From Leucoraja ocellata (Eukaryota), in NCBI GenBank assembly GCA_036785375.1, contig JAWMAR010000015.1, positions 5,084,001 through 5,148,000 on the forward strand: DNA of 64,000 nucleotides, in the 5' to 3' direction. A program made the translations under genes and the position numbers. The notes below the pieces were generated by a model, which was not told where the DNA came from, searched no databases, and saw only the letters and a program-made list of their open reading frames with translations. The number at the start of each line of letters is the position of its first letter. The stretch's first letter is position 1. Positions 48,976-60,610 of the stretch are shown one piece after another.

Positions 48976-49068
48976 TAGACAAAAAATGCTGGAGATATTC
49001 AGCGGGTGAGGCAGCTTCGATGAAGAATAGGAGTAGGTGACGTTTCAGGTCGAGACCCTTCTTCAGAT
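48976..49068 (-). mobile_element. Short PLE-terminus element
   Basis: ggtgacgtttcaggtcgagacccttcttcagat. Confidence 0.8.
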
Positions 49069-49726
49069 TTTCTCACAGCATTGACTGTTCTGGAGAATGG
49101 TTCCATTTTTCAGACGGCTGCTATTTCCCATGTTAGTTGGACAGTTCCATCTCGCTGTCCAGAAATGCCTCCATTCAACTCACTCAGCATTAAAAATATG
49201 TGGGTTTAATGAAGGAAACGGACCAACTCCCCAGGGATAGCAATAAGACCTAACTTCTCCCCATGGCCTCTCCCAATGTGCCCCAATGATAACTGTTTCT
49301 TATTTCTGATTTACAGTTTTACTCTAACTCCGAGAACAATGACATTTGCTCTGGCAAGACAATGAATAATAAGCTGCTAAAATGAGCCATTTACATGAAG
49401 AATTAACAGATTAGCATTTGCAAAGGTGAGAACAGAGCCTATTAATCTATTTCTAACTTGTACATGTGTGCCTAGACTGCACAATTGTACTCTGGAGCGT
49501 GGCTACCTCCATTATACATCTTAACCTAAAGAGCTCTGGGTGAAGGCAAATAATATGAATTAGGAAAAAAAAACATATATTCAGTTAATAATGATAAAAT
49601 GATAAAATAGGGAAATAGGAAGTCAGTTTACCCTAGTCTAATATATTGAGCTGCATAGTAAGAAATACCCCTTGTTTTTTTTTGCTTCCATTCAATAAAG
49701 TAGATGGAGTCTTGATTTTCCATTCC

Positions 49727-49759
<33 letters not shown>

Positions 49760-51949
49760 GAAATGGCTTTTCGATTGTAGTCCGCTGGCTGTGAATAGAA
49801 ACATAAGACTGATGACATTCCACCTGTGGGCTTGTCCGTAGGGGAAGTATACACAATGTGGGGAGCACAAGGAGACCAATTCCAACCACTTCACCATCTT
49901 TGCGTCTGGCATTTGGGATGAATGTGGATTTGAAAATGAGTTTAGTGCAGTTTCGTTTAGTTTATCTTCATGTGGACCGAGGGACAGTGAAAAGCTTTTG
50001 TTGCTTGCTGACCAGTCAGCGGAAAAATATTACATGATTACAATCGAGCCGTCCACACAGTGTATAGGAGATATGCTGCTGTTGGAGTAGAGATTTAAAA
50101 GAGAGCTACGATTGTAATGCGTGATTGCAGGTCCACCTCTGTGACCAGCACACAAAATCGCTTGGCTTGGGTGCCGCCAAATAACGAAAATAATGGCATT
50201 TAGGATAATCCTGTTCTCACTGCCACGTGTTCCAGTCCCAGCATTTCTATCTCCACCTCAAAGGATGGGTCTGCCGCTGATATCCATCACAACGCCGCAG
50301 ATTCCCACTCCACCTCCTTCCCCGTTCCATCCTGTGGTTTCTTTGGCTCCATCTTATCATTTCTGACGGCAACACGTTCCATGCTTCAAGATTGTATCCC
50401 TTTTGCCTTAACGGTAGCTTCCCCCATCAGAACCAACTGCACGGCCACGTAAATGAACAAAGCACAGATTTCTGGCAGAATGGTGTCAAGGGACAATAAA
50501 TGAATGTAAAACCTGTTATCAGCCCCTTCCTATTCTTGCATTAATGCCTCTGTTTGCGCACTACGTTCTACTAATCAGCATTTTATATTGCCCTACCCAT
50601 GCAACCATAAGAGAAACATGATCTGCAAAGTGATACACTGAGCGACTACAGGAGAAACTAATTTGTCTGGTGAAATGGCAATGTGCATGTAATAATCAGA
50701 CCATTTAAATGAGCTGTAGAAATGAAACATTGCATTAGAGAAGAATTAAGTTATTCAGATACATTTCAATGCAGACAGAACTATGAGATCTCTTTTCGAA
50801 TTCCCATTACTGTCCTGCAATGTACTGCGGGTCATTCCTTTGTGAGCGGCTGATTGAATTGGGAACGATTTCAGTTTTAGAGAAAAGAAAATTGATGGAA
50901 AATCATATGCATTTTAAGTGGAAGTTTCATCTCCTAAAATATTACGCAATTTTCTTGTCAGCAGATCTTTGGAATAATCTATGGGAGCACATTGAGGGAT
51001 GCAGACTGGAAATGTTGCTGATGCAAAATGTAATTAACATTGCAGGGAAACTGGTGGGAAAGTGCAAATGGAAGCACAAAGGGAAATTTGAACCTCCTGA
51101 AAATATGCCCGATCGGGACATTGTTATGTTTTCTTTTATCGTTTTAGAGATCTAATGGAAGCTCTCCTCATTAATGTGAATCAAATGGTCAGCAGACGGT
51201 AGAAGAGAATGGTAAAAGCTTCATTAAAAAAGAATTAAACCAGTTATATAACATCTAATTGAATGTTTCCATGTTGTCCTATGGAACCATATAAGCACCT
51301 AATAAATATTGCCTTACCATTGCCCATATCTTTCATTCCTGGCCTATACATGATTCTGAGAAGAACATAAGGTGATAAGTGATAGGAACAGAATTAGGAT
51401 GTTTGACTTATCAAGTCTACTCTGCCATTCAATCATGGCTGATCTATCACTCCCTCCTAACCAAATTCTTCTGCCTTCTCCCCATAACCCTTGACACAAC
51501 AGGCTATATCTAAAGTCCATAAATTCCGTACTTCCCTCTCCTCAACAAATTATAGCAATTAACATCAAAGCAGACCCATGCGTTTTATCCAGAGCCCTAT
51601 AAATTCCTCATCCTTTGCAAAATTAGGTATTCAGGACATTTTCCACCACTTTTCAGAGAATTATTTGCAGATTACGAATGAGGAAATATTTCTTGTCAAT
51701 TTCTCGTCATTACCAATCACCTACACACTGGGGGTGGTTTATAGTGGACAATTAACCTATCAAACCACACAGCATTTGGACGTGGGAGGAAATCAGAGAA
51801 CCTGGAGGAAGCCCACACGGCCACTGGGAGACTGTACAAACTTTCCACGGAGATCATAAGACGTAATTTAAATTTTTTGTTGCATCCCTCTCTGTTGTGG
51901 GGTGGCAGCTTTCAGCCATAGAATTTTGGCTTTGAAATTTCTCTTACTT

Positions 51950-52619
51950 TCGAGCCGGCTGTACTTATTGAGAAGGCTCCGCTCCTTCAACATCTGCAGT
52001 GAGATGCTGCAGATGTTCCACCAGTCGGTGGTAGCCGGTGACATCTCCTTTGCTGCCGTGTGCTGGGGCAGCAGGGCGAAGGCTGCGGATGCCAATAGGA
52101 TCAACAAACTCATCAGGAAGGCTGGCTCCATCCTGGGGGCGGAGTAGGATTCATGGGAGGTGGTCTTGGAGTGGAGGATGCTCCTCAAACAGCAGAGCAT
52201 CCTGGACAATACAGCTCACACCCTCTGTGACACATTGGTCAACCTGAGGAGCACCTTGAGCAACAGTTGGATGATCAGCCATGATCATATTGAATGGCGG
52301 TGCAGGCTCGAAGGGCCGAATGGCCTACTCCTGCACCTAATTTCTATGTAACAGACTGGTTCCATCAAGATGCAAGGCAGAATGCCACAGGAGATCCTTC
52401 TTCCCTATGGCTATCAAACTTTACAACTCCTCCCCCTTCTGTCGTGGGGTAGACTGAGACTGACTCCCCGCTCCCCCCCACCCCCTCAATCTCTGCACAT
52501 GCCCAAAGCCTTTCCACTCGTCATTTTATTTCATGTTTCATGTATTTTGTGTATTTTCTACGACTGTTAGCAGATTAATTTCCCTGCTGGTATAAATAAA
52601 GTTCTATCGTATCGTATCG
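51950..52619 (+). mobile_element. Rex1/Babar-type LINE 3' fragment with an internal CR1-tail insert
   Basis: SRLYLLRRLRSFNICSEMLQMFHQSVVA..FAAVCWG..RINKLIRKAGS; (TATCG)n tail; insert at ~52267-52350. Confidence 0.85.
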
Positions 52620-53556
52620 AAACAAAGTCACCAGAGTTGTCAGATAGCAGTACCCCAATTCTACACCTTCATTTATAGTGTTCCAATTGTCATATCAAAC
52701 GATCTCGACCCGAAGCGTCACCCATCCTTTTTCTCCAGCGATGCTGCCTGTCCCATTGAGTGGCTATCTTCAGTTTAAACCAGCGTCTACAGTTCTTTCC
52801 TACACATGATTCACAATCTTGATATCAACATTCCCTAGAGTATCAACATACCTCCCAATGATCTCAATATCCTTCATAACCTTCTCCTTGGTGAATACCG
52901 ATGCAAAATACTCGCTTAATACTTGTTTAATATCTTGTCCACTTCCTATTGCTCCAGGAATACTTTTTCTCCTTTGCTGTCAAGTGGTGGTACCCTTTCC
53001 CCCAGTGCCCTTTTGTTTTCAATGTATATAAAATGTATAAAATGCCAGTCGTTACGCAAAGTTATTGTAATCTCCCACCACATGTTAAGCTGTCTTTAGA
53101 TAATAAGAAACTCTGGTTTGCCCTTATTTGGTACAATACTCCCCTGTTTGGACTGATACAGCAGTGCTAGGTTAATCCTTACCCAAAGTAAGCAGAGGCA
53201 GACTTAGTGGAGGTGCTTGTCCTACACCTCAAAATCATCTCCTCCTCTTTCCATATTTGAGTACCAGTGAAACTCCTGCATGTACCTTTGTCACTAACAG
53301 GTCCAATTTTTAATAAACTCAGCCAGTCAACTTTCCAACTTCAGTGCAATACTGAATTCAATTCATTTAATGCTCTAGTGCCACAGTGGCTGCAAATATC
53401 CAATAGGTCCAGTTGTACTGATCTCCAGGTTTCCAAACTCAAGTTATTGTGGATTTCACACTCTCCATCATGCTGTGGCAGACAGGTTTTGAAACTTCTC
53501 CAGCCCCAAGTGCCTGCTTACATCCTCTGCGCTGGTGAGAGCTTCTTTGTATCCCT

Positions 53557-53817
53557 TTTAGTTTAGTTTTAGTTTAGCGCTGAAACAGGCCCTTTGGCCC
53601 GTCGAGTCCGCACTGACCAGTGATCCCCGCAAATCAACACTAGGGACAATGTTTACATTTACCAAGCCAATTAACCTACATACTCGCACTTCTTTGGAGT
53701 GTGGGAGGAAATCGAAGATCTCAAAGAAACCCACGCGGTCACGGGGAGAATGTACAAACTCCGTACAGACAGCACCCGTAGTCTGCAAGCGCTGTAAGGC
53801 AGCAACTCTACCGCCGT
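53557..53817 (-). mobile_element. HE1-type V-SINE
   Basis: Reverse-complement head, V-domain and tail. Confidence 0.85.
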
Positions 53818-54090
53818 TGTTGGCTGGCAGCTTTCTGCCGCAGACTCAAATTTTTGTCTTGAAATTTCCCTTCCTTTTGAGGTCTCAAACCCTATAAATC
53901 CCTCCCGATACACTGCTCTCCATCTCCCCTTCCTTGCTCCCTAACACCTGTCTATGTAATTCCATCTGGCTTGAGATAAAATTCCAGTTGATATCATTCC
54001 ATTGAGTATTTTGATATATTAAACACACAATGTAAATGCAAGTTGTTGTACTTTTCTGTTTATTCATATCCTTGGATTAAAAAATCCATA

Positions 54091-54376
54091 CGGTCGGGTT
54101 GGGGAGAGTTCCCCCGCCACGGGTACCATGTAATCCCACACTACCTGCTCCATGGTTGGATAATCAGCGACTAAACCGTCTCCCCCACTTGGTTTGCCAG
54201 GTGAGGAGGGGGCTGTGGATCCCCAGCAGGACCAAAAACAAAACCTGTCAAAGGGCGGATGAGCTCCTCACGAGCCAAATGTCATCCACACTTCAGTAGA
54301 AGTTGTGATCACTGTCGTACAGAACATTGTAAGGCACCATGCCCGTTAATGTTTTCAACGATGATGATGATGATGC
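54091..54376 (+). mobile_element. (GAT)n-tailed GC-rich short element without a tRNA head (RTE/Ingi-related?)
   Basis: Abrupt GC-rich block ending caacgatgatgatgatgatg; no A/B boxes seen. Confidence 0.5.
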
Positions 54377-54449
54377 TTTCATAACTGGATGTGATCGTGC
54401 TCAGAGCTTTCATCTGATCTTACGATTCTGAGTCTACCTGATTTAACAC

Positions 54450-55275
54450 TTCACCTCCCTTGAATAACCTCACTGTGATTGCCCTGGTTCTCACCTTCCA
54501 CCTCTCTAGCCTCCACATTCAATGCATCTGGTATTTCAGATACTTCCAACTCAATGCCACCAGGAAACACATCTTCTGCGAATGTTCTTTCCACAGGCAC
54601 GACCCTGAACACAGGCTGCTGCACCCGCTGAGTTTCTCCAGCTTTTTTGTGCTGAATATTCTCTTGCATTTTTTTCTTTTTTATTTTCACTTCACATTCA
54701 AATATCTACAGAAGTTGGACATGTTTCAAACCTATACAACGGTATCTGCCACCTTCATTTCCAAGGTTTGGGAAGAGTTCCAAAGTGGGGGAACCTTCAA
54801 ATTCACCACCAGTTGCTGGCTTGGGAAGATATCTTTCATTTCAAACTTCTCTCTCTAGGCAGTCTCCAAATGCTGGTGGAACAGCATCTCATATTTCGTT
54901 TGGGCATCTTACAGCCCAGTAGTATGAATTTGTCTTCACTTCAGGTAGCCCCGCCATTCTCCCTCTCTCTCTATCCCTCCCCTACACAAGTCGCACTGAC
55001 CACGTTTTCACCCAACAAACTGCTTACAATGGCCTGTTTCCTTTATCATTGTTCCTTTTATCAAATCTTTTATTCATTGTTCTTTATCTCTCCACATCAT
55101 TGTTTATATGCCACCAGGAAACACATTCTCTCAGGAAACATCCCTCATTTCTCTTATCCCTAACCAGTCTGAAGAAGGTCGACCCAAAACTAACCAGTCG
55201 ACCCAAAACGTCACCCATTCCTTCTATCCAGAGATGCTGCCTGGCCCGCTGAGTCACTCCAGCATTTTGTATCTA
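54450..55275 (+). pseudogene. Degenerate Penelope-like fragments
   Basis: LVLTFHLSSLHIQ..FQLNATRKHIF and LVEQHLIFRLGILQPSSMN match ORF 57750-58490; terminal motif at ~55166-55270. Confidence 0.75.
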
Positions 55276-55619
55276 TTTCCTAACAGTGAAGATGACTCTC
55301 TTTTTCACTTCAGTGGGAGCTGCTCAGTGGACATGTTTTGTATGTTTAAATGCCTAATGCAAAATAACAGATCAATGATTCTATTCAATATCTAAAACAC
55401 GATCTCTCTCCACCCAAAGTTATTTTGAACCAAGGAAAGGGAGCTCCATATTAATAATAGGTGAATGAGAAACTCAGCTGATCAGAGAATCGATGCAATA
55501 GAATTAACCGTAATAAAAATTCAATTAAAGTAATTGAGCAGGAGTCAACATTCAATATTATTATTTTTTAAAGTATCTTTGCACAGGCCTTCTCAACACT
55601 TCACAATGGAGCTATTATG

Positions 55620-55650
<31 letters not shown>

Positions 55651-55959
55651 ATTGCTGAGATACAGTAAAAATGTTAGAATCGTACAGTAATACAGTGTGG
55701 AAACAGGCCCTTTGGCCCAACTTGCCCACACCGGCCAATATGTTCCAGCTACACTAGTCCCACCTGCCCGCATTTAGTCCATATCCCTTCAAACCTGTCC
55801 TATCCATGTACCTGTTTAACTGTTTCTTAAATGTTGGGATAGTCCTTCCCTCTGATATATCCCCTAGCAGCTTGTTCCATACACCCACCACCCTTTGTGT
55901 GTACCTTTTAAAAGGTGTGGCATTCAGAGCAAGATAAAGTCTGATAAAGTTTCATCAGA

Positions 55960-56530
55960 GAGAGTTCAAAGGTCTCTGATGAGGTAGATGGGAGGTCAGG
56001 CCACATGCTAGCTGGTGAGGGGACAGTTCAGTTGCCCGATAACAGCAGGGAAGAAACTGTCCATGAATCTGGAGGTGTGAGTTTTCAAACATCTGTACCT
56101 CTTTCCTGATGGGAGGGGGGGGGGGGAAAGAGAGCAACCGGGGTGAAACTCGTCCTTGATTATGCTGGTGGCCTTCTCAAGGTAGCAGGGGTGTAAATGG
56201 AGTCAATGGAAGGGATTGCATGGTGGTCTGGGCTATATCCACAACTCTGTAATTGCTTGTGGTCTTGGATGGAGCTGTTCCCAAACCGTGCTGTGATACA
56301 TCCAACAAGATGTTTTCTATAGGGCATCTATAGATGTTGGTGAGTGTTGTTGGGGACATGCCGAACTTCCTAAATCTTCTGAGGAAGTAGAGGGATTGGT
56401 ATTGCCACTGCTTTGATGTGGCTGGTCCAAGACAAATTGCTGATGATATTTGATCCTAAGAAATTGAAGCTTTTGGCTATCTCTACTTCGGTGCCATCAA
56501 CATATACTGCTGTGTGTACTGATTCGCATC
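55960..56530 (-). mobile_element. Rex1/Babar-type LINE fragment
   Basis: MSPTTLTNIYRCPIENIL peptide; typical 3' ORF2 remnants. Confidence 0.7.
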
Positions 56531-57504
56531 CTGAAGTTGTTATCTGACAATGTTTGATTACTCAACAGCACATTGACTCCGTCTGTCCCTGTTAGCTTGT
56601 ACTCAGTCTGCTTATGGACAGATACAAACATCATGCCGTACATGATGTGTCTGAGGAAGGGTCCAGACCCATAATGTCACCTATTCCTTTTCTCCAGAGA
56701 TGCTGCCTGACCCGCTGAGTTACTCCAGCATTTTGTACCTATCACCATGCTATACAAGAAGTGAATGGCTGGCATAATGGTACAGCTGGTATAGAGAGAC
56801 ATTGCGTTGCAGCTTCAGTGATTCGGGTCCGATGCTGACCTCGGGTCTGTTTGCATGTTCTTGGGCTTCCTCTCAAATCCCCAAAACATGTGGGTTGGTT
56901 GGTTAAATGGCCACTGTCAATTACACTTCATGGAGATGGACGGTAGAAGAATTGGGGGAGGGAAACAATTGATGGGCTCATGAAAGACAATAGGTTAGAA
57001 GGAAGGGAGTGGGAGAATAGAGTATGCCTGAGAGTCAGTAGACTTGACGGGCCATATAGTCTCCGACAGTTTTGAAGGGAAATATGAAAAACTTCATACC
57101 CCGTGGCTTCAGTGAAACAATTCCTCTTTCAGTCACTTCAAAACTTGTGGAAACCATTAAACAGACATGTTGTCCATTTGATTTCAGGCCAAACCACCCA
57201 AATCACCTGTTTCAACTATCAATGGGTCCCAATGACTACAAGATTCAAAGTGGATGGTTCTGAAGAACTGAGGAACCACAACTGAAACCTTGGACAATCG
57301 GCAGAAGGAGAGGCAGATATTACATGCCTTCCAAAAGCTAGTTTCTGTTTGAATAGCCATGCCATTCATCAAAGGAAGCTACAGAAGTGGCCACCACTTA
57401 GCGCAATATCAACTTCTGGATACAACCATGCATGTTCAGGCTCTTTCATGCATCAGCTATTTTTTTGCATCTTGGATTCAAAAGAAAACTCAGGGAACTA
57501 ACAG

Positions 57505-58664
57505 TGTTTAAGAGGGAACTGCAGATGCTGGAGAATCGAAGGTTACACAAAAAAGCTGGAGAAACTCAGCGGGTGCAGCAGCATCTATGGAGCGAAGGAA
57601 ATAGGCAACGTTTCGGGCCGAAACCCTTCTTCAGACTGATCGGGGGCGGGGGTGGGTGGGGACAAGAAAGGGAAAAGGAGGAGTAGCCAGAAGGCTGGGG
57701 GATGGGAGGAGACAGCAGGGGGCTGAGGAAGGGGAGGAGACAGCAAGGACTAACAAAATTGGGAGAATTCGATGTTCATGCCCCCGGGGTGCAGACTCCC
57801 CAAACGGAATATGAGGTGCTGTTCCTCCAATTTCCGGTGCTGCTCGCTGTGGCCATGGAGGAGACCCAGGACAGAGAGGTCGGAGACGGAGTGGGAGGGG
57901 GAGTTGAAGTGCTGAGCCACCGGGAGGTCAGCTTGGTTATTGCGGACCGAGCGGAGGTGTTCGGCGAAACGATCGCCCAACCTCTGCTTGGTCTCACCGA
58001 TATAGATCTGCTGACATCTAGAGCAGCGGACGCAATAGATGAGGTTGGAAGAGATGCAGGTAAACCTCTGTCGCACCTGGAACGATTGCTTGGGTCCTTG
58101 AACGGAGTCGAGGGGGGAGGTAAAGGGACAAGTGTTGCATCTCTTGCGGTTGCAAGGGAAAGTGCCCGGGGAGGGGGTGGACCGAGAGGGAAGGGAAGAA
58201 TTGACAAGGGAGTTATGGAGGGAGCGGTCTTTGCAGAAGGCAGATATGGGGGGAGATGGGAAGATGTGGCGAGTAGTGGGGTCACGTTGGAGGTGGCGAA
58301 ACTGACGGAGGATTACTTTTTGTATGTGACGGCTGGTGGGGTGAAAGGTGAGGACTAGGGGGACTCGGCCCTTGTTGCGAGTGCGGGGATGGGGAGAGAG
58401 AGCAGTGTTGCGGGGTATGGAAGAGACCCTGGTGCGAGCCTCATTTATGGTGGAGGAGGGGAACCCCCGTTCCCTGAATAGTGAGGACATTTCAGATGTC
58501 CTGGTGTGGAACGCCTCATCCGTGGAGCAGATGCGGCGTAGACGGAGGAATTGGGAGTAGGGGATGGAGTCCTTACAGGAAGCAGGGTGGGAAGAAGTGT
58601 AGTCCAGATAGCCATGGGAGTCAGTGGGTTTATAGTGTATGTCGGTTAGAAGTCTATCACCTGC
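57505..58664 (-). mobile_element. 5'-truncated Penelope-like element with terminal region
   Basis: Open RT-tail/GIY-YIG frame followed by a 3' terminus with hammerhead-like core at 57607-57634. Confidence 0.93.
57750..58664 (-). CDS. Penelope-like ORF, C-terminal part (RT thumb, Cys-rich linker, GIY-YIG endonuclease); 5'-truncated, frame open upstream of the annotated ATG at 58490
   Basis: TDIHYKPTDSHGYLDYTSSHP..SIPYSQFLRLRRICS; CNRKRCNTC; NLIYCVRCSRCQQIYIGETKQRLGDRFAEH; GMNIEF. Confidence 0.9.
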   Translation of the reverse strand, partial: AGDRLLTDIHYKPTDSHGYLDYTSSHPASCKDSIPYSQFLRLRRICSTDEAFHTRTSEMSSLFRERGFPSSTINEARTRVSSIPRNTALSPHPRTRNKGRVPLVLTFHPTSRHIQKVILRQFRHLQRDPTTRHIFPSPPISAFCKDRSLHNSLVNSSLPSRSTPSPGTFPCNRKRCNTCPFTSPLDSVQGPKQSFQVRQRFTCISSNLIYCVRCSRCQQIYIGETKQRLGDRFAEHLRSVRNNQADLPVAQHFNSPSHSVSDLSVLGLLHGHSEQHRKLEEQHLIFRLGSLHPGGMNIEFSQFC

Positions 58665-58857
58665 AACTGGGTAGCAACAAGCACCTGATCAAATTCTGTT
58701 GCCTAGCATGCTTGAACATCAGACCGTGCAATTAAACTGCTGAGCCTGTAGTGTTAGACTTGCAAAGCAAACAAAATCTAGACATATTTGACAATCAAAG
58801 TGATGGTGAAAACTAATTCATCCAGTTTTCTCATTTGTTCTATGTCACCACATTAGT

Positions 58858-59180
58858 GGGATGGCACGGTGGCGTAGTGGTAGAGTTGCTGCCTCACAGC
58901 GTCAGAGACCAGGGTTTGATCCTGACTACGGGTGCTTGTCTGTGTGGAGTTTGTACGTTCTCCCTGGGATTTGCATGGGTTTTCTCCGGGTGCTCCAGTT
59001 TCCTCCCACACTCCAAAGACGTACAGGTTTGTTGGTCAATTGGCTTGGTATAATTGTAAATTGTCCGTAGTGTGTGTAGGATAGCGTTAGTGTGCGGGGA
59101 TCGCTGGTCGGCGCGAACACAGTGGACTGAAGGGCCTGTTTCCGCACTGTATCCCTAAACTAAATTAAACTAAGCTAAAC
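58858..59180 (+). mobile_element. HE1-type V-SINE
   Basis: Full head, V-domain and tail. Confidence 0.92.
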
Positions 59181-59539
59181 CACACCTGCAGTTGACTTTA
59201 AATATTATAGGCTTCTACATTCCTATCTATAACACTTTTTAGGCCACAAAGTGCTGGAGTAACACAGCAGATCAAGCAGCATCTCTGGAGAATGTGGATA
59301 GGTGACGTTTCAAGTCAAGACCTGACACTTTATACTTCTCTAACTTCTCCAATCTGATTCATGAAGCTGTACAAATGAAATATATTACTTGTTTTTGCTT
59401 TCAAATCTCAAGATGTCCTTGCTCCGTGTTACTAGAATAGTGGCGTCCTGATACACATGTTACTTTGGCACCTCGTTTCTCCATTCCCTCCCCAAGTCTA
59501 ACCTTTTGAACCCCCAACCTAGTCTTTAAGTTACTTTGT

Positions 59540-59680
59540 TCAAGAAGGAACTGAAGATGCTGTAAAATTGAAGGTAGAATCGGTCTGAAGAAGGGTTTGT
59601 GCCCGAAACGTTGCCTATTTCCTTCGCTCCATAGATGCTGCCGCACCCGCTGAGTTTCTCCTGCACTTTTGTCTACCTTT
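59540..59680. mobile_element. PLE-terminus element (+) preceded by a short inverted terminal piece
   Basis: CTGAAGA-A-GGGT-TTGT-GCCC-GAAACGTT at 59585-59612; aggaactgaagatgctg piece in reverse upstream. Confidence 0.8.
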
Positions 59681-59697
59681 AAGTTACAGCACCAGCT

Positions 59698-59838
59698 TCT
59701 TCTTCTTCTTGCATATGGAGTGCACAGCCTAAATTTGCAGGTCAACTTGTTTTATTTGATCTATTTGTTTGTGAACGTCAGGTCGATTGCATTAGTCGAA
59801 ACAGGGTGGACCACGTGATGGTTGCAAACTTCCACCCC
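59698..59838 (-). mobile_element. ~140-bp (GAA)n-tailed short retroelement with 5' HDV-like ribozyme, copy 3
   Basis: Reverse complement GGGGTGG AAG TTTGCA ACC ATCACGT GGT CCACCCT GT TTCGA CTAA TGCAAT; 8-bp TSD caccagct (59690-59697, 59844-59851). Confidence 0.85.
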
Positions 59839-60369
59839 AACTTCACCAGCTCCGCTCCCAAGAGTCTTCCAAAAACTGCCAATGCAACATGGTGGTATAG
59901 TATAATTGCTTTAATCCTGACCTCGGGGTCTATCTGTGTGGAGTCTGTACCTTCTCCCCATGACCAGGTGGGTTCCCTTATGTCATCTAGTTTCCTCCCA
60001 CATCCCAAAGATGTGGGGGCTGTTAGGTTAATTGCTAATATACACATCCACTTGTGTGTAAGTGAAGGGTAGAATCTGGAGGGAGTTGGTGAGAATCTGC
60101 TGAGAATAAAATGTGGGATTATTATCGGACAAGTGTAAATGGGTGTGTGATGATCAGTGAGGGTGGGCCAAAGACTTGGACACCATGTTTATGGCAACTC
60201 ACCCCCTTGACCACACATTTCCATCTCCACCTTCAGCGTTGCTTCCTGCTTACTGTATACATTTCTTTGGTGAAAGTTTTTGAATATGAGATCTTTATAT
60301 ATGTGTCTTTATATATGAGATCCAATTTTAGAATACAAGTCAGTCTTACATACTGTAATGCCTTTCAAT

Positions 60370-60610
60370 CCCTCCCAGGATTTTCCAAATTGCTCTTCAG
60401 CTCATTACACATTTTTGAAGTAAAATGTTTACTGTACAATAGCAAATGGGCAGAAAATTTACACAGAGGAGACTCCTACAGCTGGCCAAAATATGAGTCA
60501 ATTGTACTGATGTTGATTGAGGGAATAATATTGACTAAGAGACTTGGGTTAATTATCTGGTCAATTGCAAAACAGTGCAGTTAAGAGGATGCATTGGAAA
60601 TGGATCTCAT
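60370..60610 (-). mobile_element. Ancient Deu-domain SINE relic
   Basis: tttttgaagt..ggcagaaaatttacacag..gatgttgattgagggaataatattg. Confidence 0.5.

Noticed and set aside
49727-49757. Long C/G homopolymers (also ~13237, 13589, 19930) as G-quadruplex or regulatory signals
   Set aside because: Simple homopolymers, mostly within or next to repeats; length unreliable and no supporting context
54256-54287. Hammerhead-like string CGGATGA-GCTC-ctcac-GAGC-CAAA-TGTC
   Set aside because: Two invariant core positions differ (CUGA to CGGA, GAAA to CAAA), and the sequence fits a simple hairpin better
57072-57290. Short ORFs after an acceptor-like ttgatttcag
   Set aside because: Frames close quickly, no donor or recognisable domain
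57702-58358. 218-aa plus-strand ORF
   Set aside because: Antisense shadow of the Penelope ORF
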